NCBI GenBank assembly: GCA_049514435.1
Contig: JBEKVB010000003.1
Location: 72,131-136,130, forward strand
Origin: Smithellaceae bacterium
Lineage (GTDB): Bacteria; Desulfobacterota; Syntrophia; Syntrophales; Smithellaceae
DNA: 64,000 nt
Direction of reading: 5' to 3'
Numbering within the stretch: position 1 is the first letter of the stretch; each line of letters opens with the position of its first letter. This document shows, in pieces, positions 29,986 to 40,748 of this stretch. Both the position numbers and the translations under genes were made by a program. The notes below the pieces were generated by a model. That model made no database searches and was not told the DNA's origin. It was given only the letters and a program-made list of their open reading frames with translations.

Positions 29986-30810
29986 CTAAGTAGCATCTAT
30001 AATATTATTGGATATAAATTTTCTTCCAATATCATAGATAAGTAAATTTTCATTTTCATACATTGCCACGACCCTTGCCCATCCTGCACTCCTTTTTGCA
30101 AGCTTGATTGGAAAACATGCTACCTTGAAACCAAATGGCTTGGGTAAGGTATCAAGATTTGCGAGTTTCTCTATATGGCAATATTCTTTTTTAATACCCG
30201 CCTTGTGAGCTGTCCATAATATGCTTTTATCATGGGTTCTGCCAAATTCCTCTTTGATTGCATTGAAGGGCCTGTCCCAACCCCATGCGTCGATACCCAT
30301 TACACGGCACCCATGTTCAATCAACCAGAGCGTCGACTCTTCCGTCATGCCGCAACCAACCATGAAATACTCCTGTTTGCCCCACAACTTATCCGCTCCG
30401 GTCTGGATCAGTACTATATCCCACGGTTTGAGGGTATATCCAATTTTTATAAGAGCGTTTTGTATATCATCAATGGAAATACCGGTTCCCTGAGGTTTGT
30501 CCCGGAAATCAAGGACAACACCATCATGAAAAAACCAGTCAAGCGGCATTTCATCGATTATCTTAGCTTTCTTATTTTCAGATAATGGTGAATAATGCCA
30601 CGGAGCGTCAACGTGTGTACCCGAATGAGCGGATAACGATACAGCGTCATCAGCCCAGCCCAGACCGTCCGCCATGTCTTCCTTTTTTGCATCGAAAACC
30701 AATTCAATTAGTGGCAGACTGGAATTATGCGCTTTATGTTCCACTTTCACTGGTTGTGGTTCGCTGGGACTGTCTTCAGTTGGTATGCTCAAATCATATA
30801 TTTTGATCAT
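29986..30810 (-). CDS. cyclase-family protein (kynurenine formamidase-like)
   Basis: HxGTHxDxPxH motif HSGTHVDAPWHY. 274 aa. Confidence 0.85.
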   Translation of the reverse strand: MIKIYDLSIPTEDSPSEPQPVKVEHKAHNSSLPLIELVFDAKKEDMADGLGWADDAVSLSAHSGTHVDAPWHYSPLSENKKAKIIDEMPLDWFFHDGVVLDFRDKPQGTGISIDDIQNALIKIGYTLKPWDIVLIQTGADKLWGKQEYFMVGCGMTEESTLWLIEHGCRVMGIDAWGWDRPFNAIKEEFGRTHDKSILWTAHKAGIKKEYCHIEKLANLDTLPKPFGFKVACFPIKLAKRSAGWARVVAMYENENLLIYDIGRKFISNNIIDAT

Positions 30811-30883
30811 TTAAATTCTCCTCATAGTACATTAATAATTTGATCGATGGAGATTCAAGATTTCTTTGACCTACTATTGGTTT

Positions 30884-31062
30884 TTTTACCACAAGTTAAT
30901 TTAGACTTCAGCAGTTTTTTAATGATTACCAATTGAAAGGTTGTATAAATATCAAGACTGACGAGTTGCGGATAACAGGAAGAACTGCTTACTGAAAACA
31001 CCTACAAAGAAACAATTGTCAGTTTTAAAATGATTGAGGATTACGGATTGAAAGGTGCTATA
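30884..31062. repeat. cassette-boundary repeat R4, copy D
   Basis: TTTACCACAAGTTAATTTAGACTTCAGCAG. GATTAC-CAA-TTGAAA at 30924 and GATTAC-GGA-TTGAAA at 31039 (115 bp apart). Core ACAGGAAGAACTGCTTACTGAAAACACCTAC. Confidence 0.85.
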
Positions 31063-31071
31063 TAATACAAA

Positions 31072-31779
31072 TTAATAATCGTATATTTTCCATTCTCCTT
31101 GATCTTGGGAAAAAGTAAGAGGAAAAGCAAATTCTTGACCATTTTGGATAGTAAAGATTTCATATCTGACCCTATCCCTGAGCCATTGCTCTCTAAAAGG
31201 CAACAAATGCAACTCTTGATTTTGGGAAGCTACTTCTTTTAACTTATCTAGAGGTAAAGCAGAAAACATTTTTCTGTGTCTTTCTTTTGACCAGTGATGA
31301 AAATAGGTCAAAGCTGTCTCAATATCACCATTTTTTAATGCTTCACGCATTTTTTTGAATATTAATCTAAGTTCAGAATCTAAAGTTTTAATTTCTTGTT
31401 CGGTTAGCTGTGATAAATTTTTGGGCTCTATAGATTTTTTTAGCCATTCCCAATTATCATTTACAAGTTTTTCTTGTTGTTTAAGATTGTCTAATTCTTT
31501 TTGAGATAGTTTCTTTTTTGCCTCATTCAATTTCGTAGTTAAGTCTTTTAAATGATTTTTTTCTTGTTCTGATAAATTTTCTGTTATTTCTTTTTTAGTG
31601 CAGGCTGTGATCATTAATTGTTCTGCCGAAAGTCCATTGACAGGAAATTCTTTTTTCATGCTTTGAGATATATAATCTTTACAAATAAAAGTCTGTCTTT
31701 GAATAAAATCATTTTCACTTGCGAAAGCTATATTAACCATTAAAGTTAAAATTATAATACTTGTTGATAATAACTTCAA
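31072..31779 (-). CDS. secreted coiled-coil protein, unknown function
   Basis: 235 aa with signal peptide and a Lys/Glu-rich helical middle. No recognised catalytic motif. Confidence 0.55.
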   Translation of the reverse strand: MKLLSTSIIILTLMVNIAFASENDFIQRQTFICKDYISQSMKKEFPVNGLSAEQLMITACTKKEITENLSEQEKNHLKDLTTKLNEAKKKLSQKELDNLKQQEKLVNDNWEWLKKSIEPKNLSQLTEQEIKTLDSELRLIFKKMREALKNGDIETALTYFHHWSKERHRKMFSALPLDKLKEVASQNQELHLLPFREQWLRDRVRYEIFTIQNGQEFAFPLTFSQDQGEWKIYDY

Positions 31780-31819
31780 AATATCCTCCTGACCATCTGA
31801 TTCTTTTTGAAAAGGATTT

Positions 31820-31965
31820 TTTAACGATTACCGTTTGTAACCTAGCATAAAATTGAAAATTTGAAAAATAAGGATTACAGGAAGAAAGAGATTATTTGTT
31901 TAACCTACAAGTCCACACATGCTACGTGAAAAATAGATTGAAGATTACCATTTGAAACACTTGTA
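31820..31965. repeat. cassette-boundary repeat R4, copy E (diverged)
   Basis: GATTAC-CGT-TTGTAA at 31826 and GATTAC-CAT-TTGAAA at 31943 (117 bp apart). Diverged core ACAGGAAGAAAGAG...AACCTAC. Confidence 0.7.
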
Positions 31966-32072
31966 ATGACTAACTCAACCTCATCTGAAATCTGTCAACT
32001 GAAGAAATACCCGCTATTAAATAATATGACATAGTAGAATACTCAAGAATTGCTGGCAGAAATATTGATAAT

Positions 32073-32110
32073 AAAAGAGGCAAAACCATTTCTGGTTCTG
32101 CCTCTTTTTA
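32073..32110 (-). terminator. intrinsic terminator (T-runs on both strands)
   Basis: AAAGAGGCAAAACC/GGTTCTGCCTCTTT hairpin flanked by T-runs. Downstream of the 32233 gene. Confidence 0.65.
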
Positions 32111-32232
32111 AAGTCATCAACGTAAGCATTCACTTTAAGGCAATGTATATTTAATCTTTGACTTATTATAAGCTTGCCCAACTCCTTCAACAATTAAACT
32201 ACGTGCCTCGCTTTTCATTTCCTTAGCCTCCC

Positions 32233-33318
32233 TTAGGCAACACTGCTCTTTGCTTTGACCTGGTTTGCCCATCTCTCGGCCTCGATCCTCTGTAGGGTGT
32301 CCTGTAAAAAATCTTTAGGAGGCGCTTCCATCCCTGACTTGGCCACCATTGATATGGCTTCCGTCGGACAGGTCGAAACGCAGAGTCCGCATCCGATGCA
32401 TCTTCCTTCGATCATCTCAGAGGAATCCTCTCCCTCTTTAATTGCGGCCATCTGGCATCGTTCAATGCATTGACCGCAGGCAGAACAGAGCTCGGAATCT
32501 ATTTTAGCCTGGTAATAGGATTGGACCATAGCCGCAGGCCGAGGCATCAGCTTTGCATATTTGAGGATTGGACAACAACAGGGGCAACAACAACAAATGG
32601 CTGATAACTCTTGGCTGTTGGTTGGAGACAATACCAGGGCAGATTCCTCTGCCAGGTCAAGGACTCTTAAAACTTCCTCTTTACTGATCGCTCTTGCCCA
32701 TTTGTTGTCAATATAAAACTGGGCCAAGTCTCCAAACGCGAGGCAAGTTTCCTGTGGTCGGTCACACTTCTTGCCAAGAAGCCCTTGCTCTTTGCGGCAG
32801 ATGCACTGTTGTAAAGAAAAGGTCTTTTGCCCTTCTACCAATTCTCGGACCCGATTGTATGTCTCCACCGCATGTGCTGTCCCAACTGCCGATTCTACCG
32901 GAATGACACGCATTTGTTTGGTTTTAACGGGCAAAAAAGACATTCCGAGATAGGGCAGGTATTCTTCAAACATCTGGCAGAATTCCTTGTCCAGGTATTT
33001 GAGCTGAAATTCGTAAACACCAACCATGAACTGAAATGCCTGGTAGAGCGCTTTATTTCCTTTTCTGACCCTGAAGATAAGACCCTTCTGGGCCATTTCC
33101 TCAAGCCTCCGGGTAAGCTCTGACTCCTCAAGGCCGACCCGGGCGGCGATAGCCGGAATTTCTTCCGGTTCGCTCTTTAGTTTCACAGTAAGCTCTGCCT
33201 GTTCTGGCGAAAAGAGCTTTTTCAAGATTCTGATCTCAACCCCAGTCGGCGTTGCAGGGTATCCTACTGGCAGAGTATCCATAAATTCCCTCAGCCTCAC
33301 ATAGACGTCTTCGCCCAT
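32233..33318 (-). CDS. 4Fe-4S dicluster protein with N-terminal wHTH-like domain
   Basis: CSACGQCIERC and CIGCGLCVSTCP ferredoxin motifs plus a CCCCPCCCP cluster. 361 aa. Confidence 0.75.
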   Translation of the reverse strand: MGEDVYVRLREFMDTLPVGYPATPTGVEIRILKKLFSPEQAELTVKLKSEPEEIPAIAARVGLEESELTRRLEEMAQKGLIFRVRKGNKALYQAFQFMVGVYEFQLKYLDKEFCQMFEEYLPYLGMSFLPVKTKQMRVIPVESAVGTAHAVETYNRVRELVEGQKTFSLQQCICRKEQGLLGKKCDRPQETCLAFGDLAQFYIDNKWARAISKEEVLRVLDLAEESALVLSPTNSQELSAICCCCPCCCPILKYAKLMPRPAAMVQSYYQAKIDSELCSACGQCIERCQMAAIKEGEDSSEMIEGRCIGCGLCVSTCPTEAISMVAKSGMEAPPKDFLQDTLQRIEAERWANQVKAKSSVA

Positions 33319-33418
33319 ATCCTTCCTCCGTTTCCTAGATCAAACTAGCGATGAATCATCGTTAAGCAGATTAGTTCTTAATGCCTTTGATAAAATTTAT
33401 ATATTGTGTTGCTGTTTC

Positions 33419-33715
33419 CTACGGTTTTTCCATCATAGGAACATGGCCGCAATCTTTGATGATCACAGTTTTGTGATTTTTTAATCCCTTTTCGAAAACC
33501 GATACGCTGGAAACATCAATGAGTTTATCCTGATTGCCCCAAAGAATTAAAGCTGGTGCTTTTATCTTCGGCAGATCTTTTTCGAGAGAGAAACTATCGG
33601 GATAGATTTCTTTGCCCTCCTTTTCATAAAACTGGCGATTGGCTAAAAAAGTTTTAATCATTACTTTGTCGATAGGATAGGGTACACTCGGCAGATTAAC
33701 AAAAACGATTGGCAT
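33419..33715 (-). pseudogene. C-terminal fragment of an alpha/beta hydrolase
   Basis: Only the C-terminal part is present (ILWGNQDKLID...DCGHVPMMEKP, catalytic His region). The nucleophile elbow is absent. Starts 4 nt after sodC. Confidence 0.65.
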
Positions 33716-33719
33716 CGTT

Positions 33720-34241
33720 TCACTGTATCACGCCGCAGGCAACTCGGGCACCGCCGCCGCCGAGAGCTTCGGGATAGTCTGAATAATTGTCGCTGCCCGC
33801 ATGAACCATCAATGATCTCCCCTTAAGGTCTGAGACTTTCAGCCGCGGTGAGACAACAGGCAGAGTTGCCTTGCCGTCAGTCCCTGCATAAAGGGCGGGT
33901 AGGTCTCCCAGGTGCCCTTTTCCGTATGGCCCTTCATGCTTGCCGGTTTTAAGGGGGTCGTAGTGCCCACCTGCGGCAAGAGCCGCAACATGCTTGCCCT
34001 CTTTCATGGCATGATTGCAATCAGCATTTTGATGTACATGAAATCCATGCATGCCGGGAGAGAGATCGCTTAGTTGAGGGGTGAGAATAAGGCCGTACTG
34101 GCTATCGGTGGCAGTAACGGTGCCAATGTACTTGCCGATACCCTGATCAGTTACCAGATTTACCTTTATTACCATTTCATCAGCCAGGGCATAGCCTGCA
34201 AAAGACATAACAATGAAAAGTATAAATAGTGTTTTCTTCAT
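33720..34241 (-). CDS. sodC: periplasmic Cu/Zn superoxide dismutase
   Basis: Signal peptide. Motifs GFHVHQNADC, GHLGDLP and GGGGARVACGVI. Confidence 0.93.
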   Translation of the reverse strand: MKKTLFILFIVMSFAGYALADEMVIKVNLVTDQGIGKYIGTVTATDSQYGLILTPQLSDLSPGMHGFHVHQNADCNHAMKEGKHVAALAAGGHYDPLKTGKHEGPYGKGHLGDLPALYAGTDGKATLPVVSPRLKVSDLKGRSLMVHAGSDNYSDYPEALGGGGARVACGVIQ

Positions 34242-34400
34242 CTTTTCCTCCTTTTAATCAGTGCTTTCGATAAATCGTGAAATCAGGTTCTTATTTAATT
34301 TTATAAGCTTTTGCTTTCTAACATGAAAAATATAGTAAAGTTCTATTGGTATGTCAATTATTTTTCCCCTGACGGTGTTTTTGATAATTTGATAAGATAT

Positions 34401-34590
34401 TGCTTACTGTCCGAAAAAATCATCTCATTGTGGATAACAATCGATAAAGATTACCATTTGAAAGAAAGTATGCCCATGAAAAATCCCAAATGCTCCCTTA
34501 CAGGAAGAAGTGCTTACTGACTACACCTACTAAGTTTCAGTTTTACGTGGCTCTTAAAATTGAAGATTACTGGTTGTAAGGTGCTAACAT
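34401..34590. repeat. cassette-boundary repeat R4, copy F
   Basis: GATTAC-CAT-TTGAAA at 34449 and GATTAC-TGG-TTGTAA at 34565 (116 bp apart). Core ACAGGAAGAAGTGCTTACTGACTACACCTAC. A partial extra core TGCTTACTGT sits at 34401. Confidence 0.85.
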
Positions 34591-34680
34591 TTAATATACG
34601 AACTTCACTTTCCCCTTCCCCGATGATTTGAATATCGTAAAAGAAACTATTCTACCAGTTTTCTACAATTGTATTTCCCA

Positions 34681-35844
34681 TTAATAAATAAATATCTTAA
34701 CTTCTTTCATAAACGAATATGTTAATATTTTTCCGTCTTTTGTGCGAATCTTTACCATGTCACCGCTAAAACTGATTACTTGTCCTTCAATGACATTCCC
34801 GTTCTGTAATTCTATTCCCTTTAGCCCCTCTATTGCTTGGTAATGCTTTTCTGAATCCACCGGACGATTGGTAACTGAGATATCCTTCTTAGGAACTTTT
34901 ACTTTATATTTGCGTAGTCGCGTACTGTTGTTGTCCTTCTTAAATTGATTTAAAAGGGCAATCACAGAATCAGCATCGCCCTCGTTATAAGTCTTCAGCA
35001 GTGAATCTCTCAAACGCCTTGGTTGTTTTTGTATCCACGCCACAATTCTTCCTGAATCCCTTAAATTATCAAAGTCTGGATGAGCGCTTCTTATGGTATT
35101 AAAATGTTTTTCTTTAGCAATTCTTTCTAAATCTTCATTTGAGGTTGGACCAGTTGGTTGATCTGGTACTGGAGCTGGTGCAGGTGCCGGTTGCGCAACG
35201 GGTGCTTCGACTTTAGGAGTCGCTACCGATACTAGCTCTTCCCTTTTGTTTAGGTTTGCAATTGTGAACAGAATGCCAGCGAGTACGATAATAATTAGTA
35301 TAGATATAATGACAGCTTTATTAAGAGTTTTAGCTTTTAGCTTATTTTCTTCTATATGAGGTTTGCCAACTGCTCTTTGCTGTGGTGATAGTCTCGAAAG
35401 AGTTTCTGCTTTTACCTTTCTTTCTTCTATGTGAGGTGTGCTAACTGCACTTTGCTGTGGTGATGGTCTCGAAAGGGTTTCTGTTTTTACCTTTGTTTCC
35501 TCTATGTGAGGTGTGCTAACTGCACTTTGCTGTGATGATGGTCTCGGAGGTGGTTCCTCGGTTATCTTTGAAACTTCTCGCGGCGGAACTTTTTGTTCTA
35601 ATATATTTTGTTTGGCAACTTTAACCGGAGGTAAGGCCATAGTGCAGTGCCAGCATTTTATTGCATCATCTTGAAGCTCTCCATCACAGAATGGACATTT
35701 TTTCATAGAAACTTTTGGCGGCGGAACTTTTTGTTCTGACGTATCTTGCTTGGCAGCTTTAACCTGAGGTAAAGTCATAGTGCAGTGCCGGCATTTTATT
35801 GCATCGTCTTGAATCTCTCCATCACAGAATGGACATTTCTTCAT
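34681..35844 (-). CDS. single-pass membrane protein with duplicated N-terminal zinc ribbons and a triple internal repeat
   Basis: Two copies of KKCPFCDGExQDDAIKCxHCTM, three copies of SRPSPQQSAVSTPHIEExKVK, one TM helix and a conserved-looking C-terminal domain. Likely start is MKKCPF. Confidence 0.65.
   Translation of the reverse strand: MKKCPFCDGEIQDDAIKCRHCTMTLPQVKAAKQDTSEQKVPPPKVSMKKCPFCDGELQDDAIKCWHCTMALPPVKVAKQNILEQKVPPREVSKITEEPPPRPSSQQSAVSTPHIEETKVKTETLSRPSPQQSAVSTPHIEERKVKAETLSRLSPQQRAVGKPHIEENKLKAKTLNKAVIISILIIIVLAGILFTIANLNKREELVSVATPKVEAPVAQPAPAPAPVPDQPTGPTSNEDLERIAKEKHFNTIRSAHPDFDNLRDSGRIVAWIQKQPRRLRDSLLKTYNEGDADSVIALLNQFKKDNNSTRLRKYKVKVPKKDISVTNRPVDSEKHYQAIEGLKGIELQNGNVIEGQVISFSGDMVKIRTKDGKILTYSFMKEVKIFIY
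35330..35550. repeat. intragenic ~66-bp tandem repeat (3 copies)
   Basis: Repeated CGAAAG(A/G)GTTTCTG(C/T)TTTTACCTTT...TCTATGTGAGGTGTGCTAACTGCACTTTGCTGTG units. They encode the PQQSAVSTPHIEE repeats. Confidence 0.8.
35582..35844. repeat. intragenic ~125-bp tandem duplication (zinc-ribbon module)
   Basis: 35582-35706 and 35720-35844 are near-identical (CATAGTGCAGTGCC.GCATTTTATTGCATC.TCTTGAA.CTCTCCATCACAGAATGGACATTT). Confidence 0.8.
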
Positions 35845-35961
35845 CGCTGCTCCTTTAAAACACAAAACCCTGCGCTCTTTTAATAAACTTAGTTTTTCCA
35901 GATGTGTTGAACATCATTATAGCACATTATTTTTTTTAAAAAAGGAGGGAAACAGAGCATC

Positions 35962-36025
35962 CTTTATTACGGGTTGAAATATTGTGTGAATTGGAAAAAA
36001 CATAAAAACAACATTGTAGGAAGTT
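35962..36025. repeat. cassette-boundary repeat R4, copy G (partial)
   Basis: TATTAC-GGG-TTGAAATATTGTGTGAATTGGAAAAAACATAAAAACAACATTGTAGGAAGTTA. Closely matches the left half of copy A, then breaks off. Confidence 0.8.
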
Positions 36026-36082
36026 AGATTCAGAGATCGCTTTTTTAGAATTGGGATCGAAGCGACGCCGCGCAGCGCCCGC

Positions 36083-36265
36083 ATAATAATGAGACTCGAC
36101 GACTATAGGAGTCGTTAGTCGTAGTGAGACTCGCTGAAAACGAACAAAGTGAAGTTTGAAGAGGAAGTCGAACTATCCAATAGCCAAAGGCTATTGGGAA
36201 TTATCCCAGAAGCGTAGTACCCTGAAGGGCATCTACGACGACGTGGGATTTCTACCTTATGTAAT
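36083..36265 (-). repeat. modular hairpin array R2, short copy
   Basis: Modules begin with TAATGAGAC/TAGTGAGAC. Includes the perfect hairpin CCAATAGCC-AAA-GGCTATTGG and the nested stem CCCA..CGTAG..CCC-TGAA-GGG..CTACG..TGGG. Collinear with 41917-42237. Confidence 0.8.
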
Positions 36266-36335
36266 TTTCCCGATCCATAAGTTCATCCACCCAATGAGAT
36301 GGTTTTGATTATTCTGTAACCAGTCTAAAAAAAAT
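36266..36335 (-). repeat. promoter/leader repeat R1, copy b
   Basis: Same sequence as 25121-25192 and 42238-42312. On the minus strand it contains AGGA-N5-ATGGATCGGGAAAATTACATAAGGTAG (MDRENYIR-stop). Confidence 0.85.
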
Positions 36336-36498
36336 GAATCGCAGCCGTATTCCTTTATCAAACGTCAATGGTAAAGATTTGACCCCACTTTCACTCCATA
36401 ACCGGATAGTTTATGTGCCTCTTTCAACTGTTCAAAAACAACTTGACAAGACGCACCTGATGGCGTTACTACAATATATAAACTGGAATGATTCCGAA

Positions 36499-36933
36499 AT
36501 GAAAAAGATTAACAAAGAAGACCTAATTGGTCAGTTGAAGGAAAAAGGCCTCAAAATTACGCTACAGCGTCTGGCGATTATCGACGCGCTGGCGGAAAAT
36601 TGCGATGCGCATCCGGGCGCTTCGCTCATCTATAATGAGGCCCGAAAGAAAGCCAAACGCGTCAGCCTCTCCACGGTTTACGCAACGCTCAAGGAGTTTT
36701 CCGAAAGCGGACTGATCAAGCAACTGGAGTTTGACCGGATGGAAAACCGTTATGACGGCAATCTGTCTGAACATATTAACCTCATCTGCAAACGGTGCGG
36801 AACAATTATTGATTACCATATTCCTGCGAACCTTGAACCCAAAGACATTGCCCGAAAATCGGGATTTGTCGTCACCGATACCCGGATGGAATTCCACGGG
36901 TATTGCCGCGACTGTCTGAAGCGACCCGACTAA
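36499..36933 (+). CDS. perR: Fur-family regulator, PerR-like
   Basis: Fur fold motifs LKITLQRLAIIDAL, HxH-less CKRCG...CRDC zinc pairs. About 144 aa from the internal ATG at 36499. The upstream part of ORF 36334.. is repeat DNA. Adjacent to katG. Confidence 0.8.
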   Translation: MKKINKEDLIGQLKEKGLKITLQRLAIIDALAENCDAHPGASLIYNEARKKAKRVSLSTVYATLKEFSESGLIKQLEFDRMENRYDGNLSEHINLICKRCGTIIDYHIPANLEPKDIARKSGFVVTDTRMEFHGYCRDCLKRPD

Positions 36934-37051
36934 TCTTCTTATCCTACAGCCTCGCGGCATATAAACCGACGGTGAAAGAAGCAGATAAGCGGCTTTTATT
37001 TTTTGACTGGAATCATTCCAGATTAGATAAGGAAAGGTAAAATAACCATAA

Positions 37052-39295
<2,244 letters not shown>

Positions 39296-39539
39296 TTTTG
39301 GCATAACCGTCTTCGATGGTTCCGGACGGAGCTGCAAAAAAACCATCATCTGACACCGGTTCCAGCGGTCTGCGTATCGCCGCCGCTGAACCGGAACATG
39401 GACGTCCCTTGGATTTCCTTCAATCGGCTATTACCTATGCTGTATGGAGGGGGAAGGCTATTGTTGAGGACAATTCATACCTGATTGAATGAAACTGAAT
39501 TGATATTTTGAAGTACGGCCCCTATTATATTCGGCAACG

Positions 39540-39590
39540 CTGAAAGCGGCCAGAGCGTCCGCCCTTTTTATATTGATGGCATGGTTAAAA
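39540..39590. other. chimeric remnant of an abfD 5' region
   Basis: CTGAAAGCGGCCAGAGCGTCCGC (identical to 23417-23439 inside abfD) is fused directly to CCTTTTTATATTGATGG (identical to 23758-23774 upstream of abfD). Confidence 0.75.
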
Positions 39591-39627
39591 GATTAATTCC
39601 CAAGTATCAACAGCCGACGGGCGCGCG

Positions 39628-40524
39628 TCAGTGCAGTTTTTGGCCGCCCTTTTTCATATTCAGCATTTCCTGCATAAGCTCGTCGATGTTCGCGCCGGGG
39701 GTATAACCGAATTCCTGAAGAACAGCGGCATCGAACATTTCTTCCAGTTTCTGGAGTTGTTTCAGAGCGGTTTCATTCTGGCTGAAGGACTTATCCATCA
39801 TCTCGACCAGATTGTCCGCGGATTTTTTGAGATCGCTCAAATCGATATTCAGAGGCGTAAGGGCGAACACCTTTTTCAAAAGATCGTAGCATGCTTTGGC
39901 GTTAAAAATCTGAATATACGGCGGGACTCTGGCCGTGATGCCAGCCGCCTCGATACCCTCCCCGCCGGCCTGGTTCAACAGCATCGTGGAGAAACTGCAC
40001 GGCCCCGCGTAATTCAGAAATGGGAACGATTTGAATTCGCTCTTCAACTCCGGACGGCTCAGCACGGCAAAGACCTTCGTTTCCCGGGTATGGGGAACCT
40101 GGTCGTAAACGCCGCCCAGCGAATAAATCCTTGGAACCCGATAACGTTTGGCAATGCTCAGAATGGCTGACGCGTATTCCGGCCACCTCAGGTTCGGTTC
40201 GGAGCCTGTAAAAAGAATCAGGTCATGTTCAGCGCCGCTCTTCCAGAAAAAGAATTCACTGGCGGGTTCTGCAAGCGACTTGATCAGGCCTTCTTCGATT
40301 ACCGCATGGGGTCTCATGATCTGAGCCGGATCAAAGCCTGGGACCTGCCAGATATGGAAACGGCTGGAATCGATGTGGGCGAACTTTTGGGCATTAAGCT
40401 TGCGGCGCAGGAAGTCGATGCATCCGGTCGCAACCTCGCCCGCATTCAACCAGCCGTTTAAGCCGATCAGAATGTATGGATTTACAAGGTCGGGTGTATC
40501 CTGAAAAATGAGACTTTCGTTCAT
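39628..40524 (-). CDS. PAC2 (proteasome assembly chaperone 2-like) family protein
   Basis: ILIGLNGWLNAGEVATG motif typical of PAC2/DUF75. AGGAG RBS 6 nt before the ATG at 40524. GC-rich. Confidence 0.75.
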   Translation of the reverse strand: MNESLIFQDTPDLVNPYILIGLNGWLNAGEVATGCIDFLRRKLNAQKFAHIDSSRFHIWQVPGFDPAQIMRPHAVIEEGLIKSLAEPASEFFFWKSGAEHDLILFTGSEPNLRWPEYASAILSIAKRYRVPRIYSLGGVYDQVPHTRETKVFAVLSRPELKSEFKSFPFLNYAGPCSFSTMLLNQAGGEGIEAAGITARVPPYIQIFNAKACYDLLKKVFALTPLNIDLSDLKKSADNLVEMMDKSFSQNETALKQLQKLEEMFDAAVLQEFGYTPGANIDELMQEMLNMKKGGQKLH

Positions 40525-40748
40525 AAGTACTCCTGTATCGTAATTTGCTGCTGCGATCAATCCATGATCGCAAGCTGAAAAAACCATCTCCCCAAAAGAA
40601 AACCGAAACTACAGTGTGATTATTGTTTGTCCGCTCTGCGCAGTCAAGTATTTCTATTTGCAAATTATACCAAAAGAGTTACCTGATTACTGATCATTTA
40701 CAACTGCCCCTAATTGTCCTTTTGAATAATACGGGTGTTCCCCTCATT

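Noticed and set aside
28279-34590. Plus-strand micro-ORFs inside the cassette repeats (…DYxLK… and …TGRS(A/T)Y-stop stay in frame in several copies).
   Set aside because: No consistent start codon or RBS is present, and several copies hit stops straight after DYxL. The frame conservation is more simply explained by a 3-nt variable spacer in a DNA or RNA motif.
28270-36025. The GATTACC-AATTGAAAG repeats looked like CRISPR repeat 3' ends (8-nt ATTGAAAG handle) forming mini-arrays.
   Set aside because: The ATTGAAAG string appears only when the variable 3-nt spacer happens to end in A. The repeat period is 115-117 bp, not 60-75 bp. The 'spacer' between repeats is itself conserved between copies. 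Whole genes lie between units, and no cas gene is present.
28270-36025. A classical integron (attC sites plus IntI).
   Set aside because: No integrase gene is in the window. The elements are direct repeats, and I could not find the R''-L''/L'-R' inverted symmetry (RYYYAAC...GTTRRRY). The locus is kept only as 'integron-like' in the findings.
36334-36498. A 55-codon N-terminal extension of the Fur/PerR ORF.
   Set aside because: The extension is translated from the R1 repeat and adjacent non-coding motifs. Fur-family proteins are about 140-150 aa, matching a start at 36499.
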